The position numbers and the translations under genes were made by a program. Source: Fidelibacterota bacterium (GTDB lineage: Bacteria; Fidelibacterota; Fidelibacteria; Fidelibacterales; DSDE01). Taken from it: DNA of 64,000 nucleotides. Where the stretch lies: the NCBI GenBank assembly GCA_046735395.1, contig JBJKQR010000062.1, positions 64,001 to 128,000 of the forward strand. Reading direction: 5' to 3'. How positions within the stretch are numbered: position 1 is the stretch's first letter; each line of letters begins with the position of its first letter. Below, in pieces: positions 59,323 through 64,000 of the stretch. The notes beneath the pieces are model-generated. The model did no database searches. It was not told the origin of the DNA and worked only from the letters and a program-made list of their open reading frames with translations.

Positions 59323-60621
59323 TTGGAATTGGAACACATTCTGGTCAAGAACATCAGTAAACATGCGGGCACGGACGTCACCCTGAAGGGGTGGGTGTAT
59401 AATATCCGCAAAAGCGGAAAAATCTGGTTTCTCATCTTCCGCGACGGAACCGGATTCATACAGTGCGTCGTCCTGAAAAACGACGTCAGTGAAGAAATAT
59501 TCAATCTGAAGAATGATCTCAGCATCGAATCCAGCCTTGTGATCCGCGGCCTGGTTCAGGAAGCTCCGCGGCAGGAACTGGGATACGAGATCGTGGTCAG
59601 GGATATACAGGTCATTCAGATCGCTCAGGAATATCCCATTGCACTCAAGGATCATGGCGTGGAATTTCTTCTGGACCATCGTCATCTCTGGCTGCGCAGC
59701 AAACGCCCCAATGCCATTCTGCGCATCCGTTCGGAAGTTGAGAAGGCCTGTCGGGACTTTTTTGAGGAGAATGACTTCACTCTCGTTGATTCGCCCATGT
59801 TCACACCCAATGCGGCCGAAGGCACCACGACCCTGTTTGAGAGCGACTATTTCGGGCGGAAGGCCTATCTGACCCAGAGCGGCCAGCTCTACAGCGAGGC
59901 CGCCATCATGGCCTTCAACAAGACCTACTGTTTCGGGCCCGTCTTCCGGGCGGAAAAATCCAAAACCCGCCGGCATCTCACCGAATTCTGGATGGTGGAA
60001 CCGGAAATGGCATTCTATGACATTTACGATGATATGGATCTGGCCGAACAGTTCGTGGAATACATTGTTCAGCGCGTACTCCGGACCTGCCGGACGGAAC
60101 TGGCCACTCTGGAACGGGATATCAGCAAGCTGGAAAATATCAAGGCACCCTTTCCCCGCATCACCTATGACGAGGCCGTTCAGATCCTGCATGACAAGGG
60201 CATTGAATTTACCTGGGGAAATGATTTCGGCGCTCCCGATGAAACCGCCATCGGCGAAAATTTTGACAAACCGGTCATGATCTACCGCTGGCCCGCCGAA
60301 ACTAAGGCGTTCTATATGAAACGTGACGAAGCGGACGAACACTATGTCATGGGTGTGGATATGATCGCGCCTGAAGGCCACGGAGAGATCATCGGAGGCA
60401 GCCAGCGCGAAGACAATCTGGACAAGCTGCTGGAACGGATTCAGAACGAAAATCTGCCCCAGGATGTCTTCGAATGGTTCCTGGATCTGCGTCGCTATGG
60501 TTCTGTTCCCCACAGTGGCTTCGGACTGGGACTGGAACGGACCGTCGGCTGGATCTGCGGTGTTCATCACGTGAGAGAAACCATTCCCTGGCCCCGGACC
60601 ATGGTCCGGCTGGAACCCTGA
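59323..60621 (+). CDS. asnS: Asparagine--tRNA ligase
   Basis: RDGTG, AEGTTTLF, YLTQSGQLY, FRAEKSKTRRHLTEFWM, EIIGGSQRE, YGSVPHSGFGLGLER. Confidence 0.95.
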   Translation: MELEHILVKNISKHAGTDVTLKGWVYNIRKSGKIWFLIFRDGTGFIQCVVLKNDVSEEIFNLKNDLSIESSLVIRGLVQEAPRQELGYEIVVRDIQVIQIAQEYPIALKDHGVEFLLDHRHLWLRSKRPNAILRIRSEVEKACRDFFEENDFTLVDSPMFTPNAAEGTTTLFESDYFGRKAYLTQSGQLYSEAAIMAFNKTYCFGPVFRAEKSKTRRHLTEFWMVEPEMAFYDIYDDMDLAEQFVEYIVQRVLRTCRTELATLERDISKLENIKAPFPRITYDEAVQILHDKGIEFTWGNDFGAPDETAIGENFDKPVMIYRWPAETKAFYMKRDEADEHYVMGVDMIAPEGHGEIIGGSQREDNLDKLLERIQNENLPQDVFEWFLDLRRYGSVPHSGFGLGLERTVGWICGVHHVRETIPWPRTMVRLEP

Positions 60622-60900
60622 GTTTCGATATTTTATCCGAATCTTTCGGACGCCGTTCCTTTTATTTTGCATACCCTGAGGACATCTCCTATATTCCAGA
60701 TGTCCGGCATTCATTTTACAATTCAGAATTGACCGTCTCCATTATTCCGGAGAGACGGCCGGAATCCGGATGGAAATACCTGAATGCGATGAAAATAAAT
60801 GAGCACGGAAAAGGATAAATGATTAACTTTGCTTCACCGGGAAACAGGGTCTGAAGCCCGTTTCAGAATTGATTGCAGACGATGGGGAAGGAAAAATATC

Positions 60901-61392
60901 ATGACAGCACCCACACAGGAAAATTTACTGCCGGATCTGAGAAAGTGGACCCGCGTATCCGTGTTTGGCGGACGGGAAGCGGACCCGGAAATTCTTGATC
61001 AGGCCCGCCGGTTCGGACAGCTGGCTGCCCGGGAAAACTGGGTGATCCTGAATGGCGGTAAAAACGGGGTCATGGAAGCGGTGAGCCATGGTGTCTTTGA
61101 AAATGGCGGCCTCTGCATCGGCATTCTTCCCGGAGAGGATATGAGCGAGGCCAATCCCTATCTTCAGATAGCCCTGCCCAGCGGCGTGGGCCTGGCGCGG
61201 AATGAGATTCTGGCCCGGGCGGCTGATATCTGTATCGCCATCGGCGGACATTACGGCACCCTGAGTGAAATCGGCCATGCCCTGAGTATGGATAAAAAAG
61301 TTATCTCTCTTCATTCCTGGGACATTCCCGGTGTAATTTCAGCGGAAACCGCAGAAGTAGCTGTCAGGATCATGAGGGAAATACTTCAATGA
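60901..61392 (+). CDS. LOG-family protein (TIGR00725-like)
   Basis: GG..GVMEA, IGILPG, ARNEI, GG.YGTLSEI. Confidence 0.85.
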   Translation: MTAPTQENLLPDLRKWTRVSVFGGREADPEILDQARRFGQLAARENWVILNGGKNGVMEAVSHGVFENGGLCIGILPGEDMSEANPYLQIALPSGVGLARNEILARAADICIAIGGHYGTLSEIGHALSMDKKVISLHSWDIPGVISAETAEVAVRIMREILQ

Positions 61393-61658
61393 AAACTGTT
61401 CGCTATACCATAAAGGGCCGGGTGCAGGGCGTGGGCTTTCGCTGGTATACGCTTGAGTGTGCCCGGCAGCTCGGAATCACCGGCTATGTCCGCAATCTCC
61501 CCGATGGATCCGTGGAAGCCATTGCCGTGGCTGAGGAATCACGTCTGGACCTCTTTGAATCCATGCTGAATCAGGGCCCGCCCTTAAGTCGTACTGACAG
61601 GATCCTTCGAACGGATGAATCGGACACCCTTCATTTTAAAGAATTTACCATCAGATAA
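61389..61658 (+). CDS. acyP: Acylphosphatase
   Basis: GRVQGVGFR, GYVRNLPDGSVE, GPP.S. Confidence 0.95.
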   Translation: MKTVRYTIKGRVQGVGFRWYTLECARQLGITGYVRNLPDGSVEAIAVAEESRLDLFESMLNQGPPLSRTDRILRTDESDTLHFKEFTIR

Positions 61659-61667
61659 AGGCATACC

Positions 61668-63326
61668 ATGAACAAGGGGAACAAACCCGTACATATAGCA
61701 GTGGTTCAATTCAATCCCACCGTGGGAGACATGGACGGAAACGCGAAACGGATTATCGAGCTCAGCCGCCAGGCGGCCGAAGCCGGAGCACAGATAGCCA
61801 TCTTCCCCGAGCTGGCTATCTCCGGATATCTGCCGCAGGATCTGCTTTTTGATAAACCCTTTCTCGAGGCGAATGACCGCGCTCTCCGGAAAATTATTGA
61901 AGCAACCCGGCAGATTACCGTCATCACAGGCCATGTGCATCGCGATCCGGCAAAAGGGATTTACAATACTGCCGCTGTCTGTCAGAATGGTGAGCTGCTT
62001 GCCCTCATACAGAAAACGCTGCTTCCCACCTATGATGTGTTTGATGAGCTTCGATATTTCCGCAAGGGACATAACTCCGGACCCGTTTCCGTGACGCTCG
62101 GTGACCAGAATCTGAAACTGGGGATTGAGATCTGCGAGGATCTGTGGGACGCCGATTACGGGATCAAGGTTACCGATAATCTTGCCGGGGCTGGAGCCGA
62201 CCTCATCATCAATATCAGCGCCTCCCCTTTCTGCGTGGGAAAAGCCGCCTCCCGCAAGGCTCTGGTTCGCGAAAAAATCAATTCGATACATCTGCCCTTT
62301 GTTTACAATAATCTCGTGGGTGCTCAGGATGAACTCATTTTCGACGGCAGCAGTTTCATCCTGGACCGGAACGGCCATACTCTGGCCCAGTTGCCGTCAT
62401 TCCGGGAAGATTTTCAGTTATATGAAGTGGATCTGTCTGCAGAAAAACTGCACTCCGAACCGATCCCTGATCAGGAAATGGCCCCCATGGAGCAGCTGTA
62501 TCAGGCGCTCAGCCTGGGTATACAGGATTATTTCCGCAAGTCCGGATTCACACAGTGCCTGCTGGGCCTTTCGGGAGGAATCGATTCGGCTGTTGTGGCC
62601 GTGCTGGCAGCGGAAGCGCTGGGCCCGGAAAATGTCTTCGCCTATTCCCTGCCCTCCCGCTACTCTTCCGATCACAGTCTCAGCGACGCCGAAGATCTGG
62701 CCGGACGGCTGAGAATCCGCTATGACACCATTCCCATCGAATCTGTTTTTTCCTCGTTCATGGGTGAACTTCAGCCCCGTTTCGCCGGCCTGCCCTTCGG
62801 ACTGGCGGAGGAAAATCTGCAGGCCCGGATCCGGGGAACCTTTCTCATGTCCCTGGCCAATAAATTCAATCGGCTGCTTCTCAGCACCGCCAATAAGACC
62901 GAGACCGCTCTCGGTTACAGCACGCTTTATGGGGACATGGCCGGTGCCCTCGCTCCCATCTCCGATCTGAACAAGCAGGAAGTCTATGACCTGTCGGAAT
63001 GGATCAATCAACGGAGTGAGACAGAATTCATTCCCCGTAATATTATTGAAAAAATGCCCAGCGCTGAATTGTCCGAAGGACAGTTTGACCCCTTTGACTA
63101 CAGCATTGTCAGCCCGCTGGTCGAGGAAATTCTGGAAAACCGGCGCAGCGCGGCAGATCTGGTGAATATGGGTTATGACAAGGATCTGGTCAACCGGATC
63201 ATGACACTGATCGTACGGTCCGAGTACAAACGAAAGCAGGCGGCTCCCGGCCTGCGCGTCTCGGAAAAGGCCTTCGGAACAGGGAGACGCATGCCCATCA
63301 TCAATCATTACATCGACCGACTCTGA
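61668..63326 (+). CDS. nadE: Glutamine-dependent NAD+ synthetase
   Basis: Nitrilase domain FPEL/K/ICED plus LGLSGGIDS, EENLQARIRG, GYSTLYGD, PSAEL. Confidence 0.95.
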   Translation: MNKGNKPVHIAVVQFNPTVGDMDGNAKRIIELSRQAAEAGAQIAIFPELAISGYLPQDLLFDKPFLEANDRALRKIIEATRQITVITGHVHRDPAKGIYNTAAVCQNGELLALIQKTLLPTYDVFDELRYFRKGHNSGPVSVTLGDQNLKLGIEICEDLWDADYGIKVTDNLAGAGADLIINISASPFCVGKAASRKALVREKINSIHLPFVYNNLVGAQDELIFDGSSFILDRNGHTLAQLPSFREDFQLYEVDLSAEKLHSEPIPDQEMAPMEQLYQALSLGIQDYFRKSGFTQCLLGLSGGIDSAVVAVLAAEALGPENVFAYSLPSRYSSDHSLSDAEDLAGRLRIRYDTIPIESVFSSFMGELQPRFAGLPFGLAEENLQARIRGTFLMSLANKFNRLLLSTANKTETALGYSTLYGDMAGALAPISDLNKQEVYDLSEWINQRSETEFIPRNIIEKMPSAELSEGQFDPFDYSIVSPLVEEILENRRSAADLVNMGYDKDLVNRIMTLIVRSEYKRKQAAPGLRVSEKAFGTGRRMPIINHYIDRL

Positions 63327-63353
63327 TTTATTTTCATAGATCCGGAGGCTGTC

Positions 63354-64000
63354 ATGCAGACCTATCCCCTCTTCGGGATATTCTCTCGCAGCCCGGTCCT
63401 GAAATACCTCCTGCCCTTCATGGGCGGAATCATCCTTCGCCAGTTCCTTCCCGGGCACGATCTGTTCTGTATCCTGATTCTACTCGCTTCGGCATTCCTG
63501 CTGAGACAATTTTCAGCGGGTTGGCTGCTTCTGATCATTCTCAGCGGATTTCTCAGACTGGCCCTGTTTCAGGGTGACGAAGCTCAGGCGCCGGTCACGG
63601 TTTTCAATCCGGATTCCCTGCGGCTGAACATTGTCGGCAGAGAGCGCGATGCCGTGCAGGACAAAGCCTATACAGGCTGTCTGGCAAATGATCCGAATGT
63701 AAGGATATATCTGTCACGCAGCGGCGGAGCGGTCCTTCTGTCCACGGGACAATCCGTACTGCTCAGCGGCATCAAAGCGAAATCATTGTACAGTAACGCC
63801 AATTCTCCCTATGAATCATATCTGCGGCGGCAGGGCTTCACCCACAGCGCCCGCCTCGGCAGCAGAAGCCGTGTACTGGACACGAACCCCGCAAACCAGA
63901 CCGGGTATACAAAGATCAGCGTCAGCATGGGAAAGCTTCGCCTGCAGCTTGCCGATCGACTGAAACACCGGCTCGGAATCCGTAATGGTTCCCTTATCAG
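63354..64000 (+). CDS. ComEC/Rec2-like competence membrane protein, N-terminal part (runs off the window)
   Basis: Own translation (not in ORF track): MQTYPLF..P..KYLLPFMGGI with TM helices, then N..SPYESYLRRQGF (cf. NP..FDY..YL..QGI of DUF4131). GGAGG RBS; no stop before the window end. Confidence 0.6.
   Translation, partial: MQTYPLFGIFSRSPVLKYLLPFMGGIILRQFLPGHDLFCILILLASAFLLRQFSAGWLLLIILSGFLRLALFQGDEAQAPVTVFNPDSLRLNIVGRERDAVQDKAYTGCLANDPNVRIYLSRSGGAVLLSTGQSVLLSGIKAKSLYSNANSPYESYLRRQGFTHSARLGSRSRVLDTNPANQTGYTKISVSMGKLRLQLADRLKHRLGIRNGSLI

Noticed and set aside
59206..60714. 502-aa antisense ORF over asnS, and similar long shadow ORFs (9110-10093, 29947-30954, 31647-32645, 54194-55246, 55331-56410, 62418-63458)
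   Set aside because: They mirror well-conserved genes on the opposite strand, carry no family motifs, and are expected from codon bias.
1..64000. tRNA, rRNA, CRISPR arrays, IS/integrase or defence genes
   Set aside because: None recognised in the intergenic spaces or the ORF track by manual reading; a tRNAscan/Infernal run would be needed to exclude small RNAs.

Overview
Bacterial chromosomal window, gene-dense, with no rRNA, tRNA, CRISPR or mobile element that I can support. T9SS-like C-terminal domains, a PorV-family barrel, TonB receptors with carboxypeptidase-like N-domains and a sigma54-activator/lptE pair suggest an anaerobic, salt-adapted FCB-superphylum organism, possibly Marinimicrobia-like (inference only). 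Housekeeping genes include gatC-pyrG-lptC-lptB-rpoN-hslVU-argF-lpxH, rplM-rpsI-rpsB-tsf-frr, mutL-miaA, uvrB-purD, asnS, acyP-nadE and a partial comEC. Four accessory modules stand out. (1) A polysulfide/thiosulfate reductase operon (psrABC-like) with two YeeE/YedE proteins and a rhodanese that lacks its catalytic Cys but ends in a flexible -KKKK..GGC tail, a candidate swinging-arm sulfur carrier. (2) An ablA-Na+/solute symporter-ablB operon for N-epsilon-acetyl-beta-lysine behind a pseudo-receiver sigma54 activator and a TGT-N10-ACA palindrome. (3) A TonB receptor / CTD protein / PorV-like / FG-GAP protein cassette that may be a SusC/D-independent uptake system. (4) A membrane pyrophosphatase with about 130 extra residues in the loop before its last helix.
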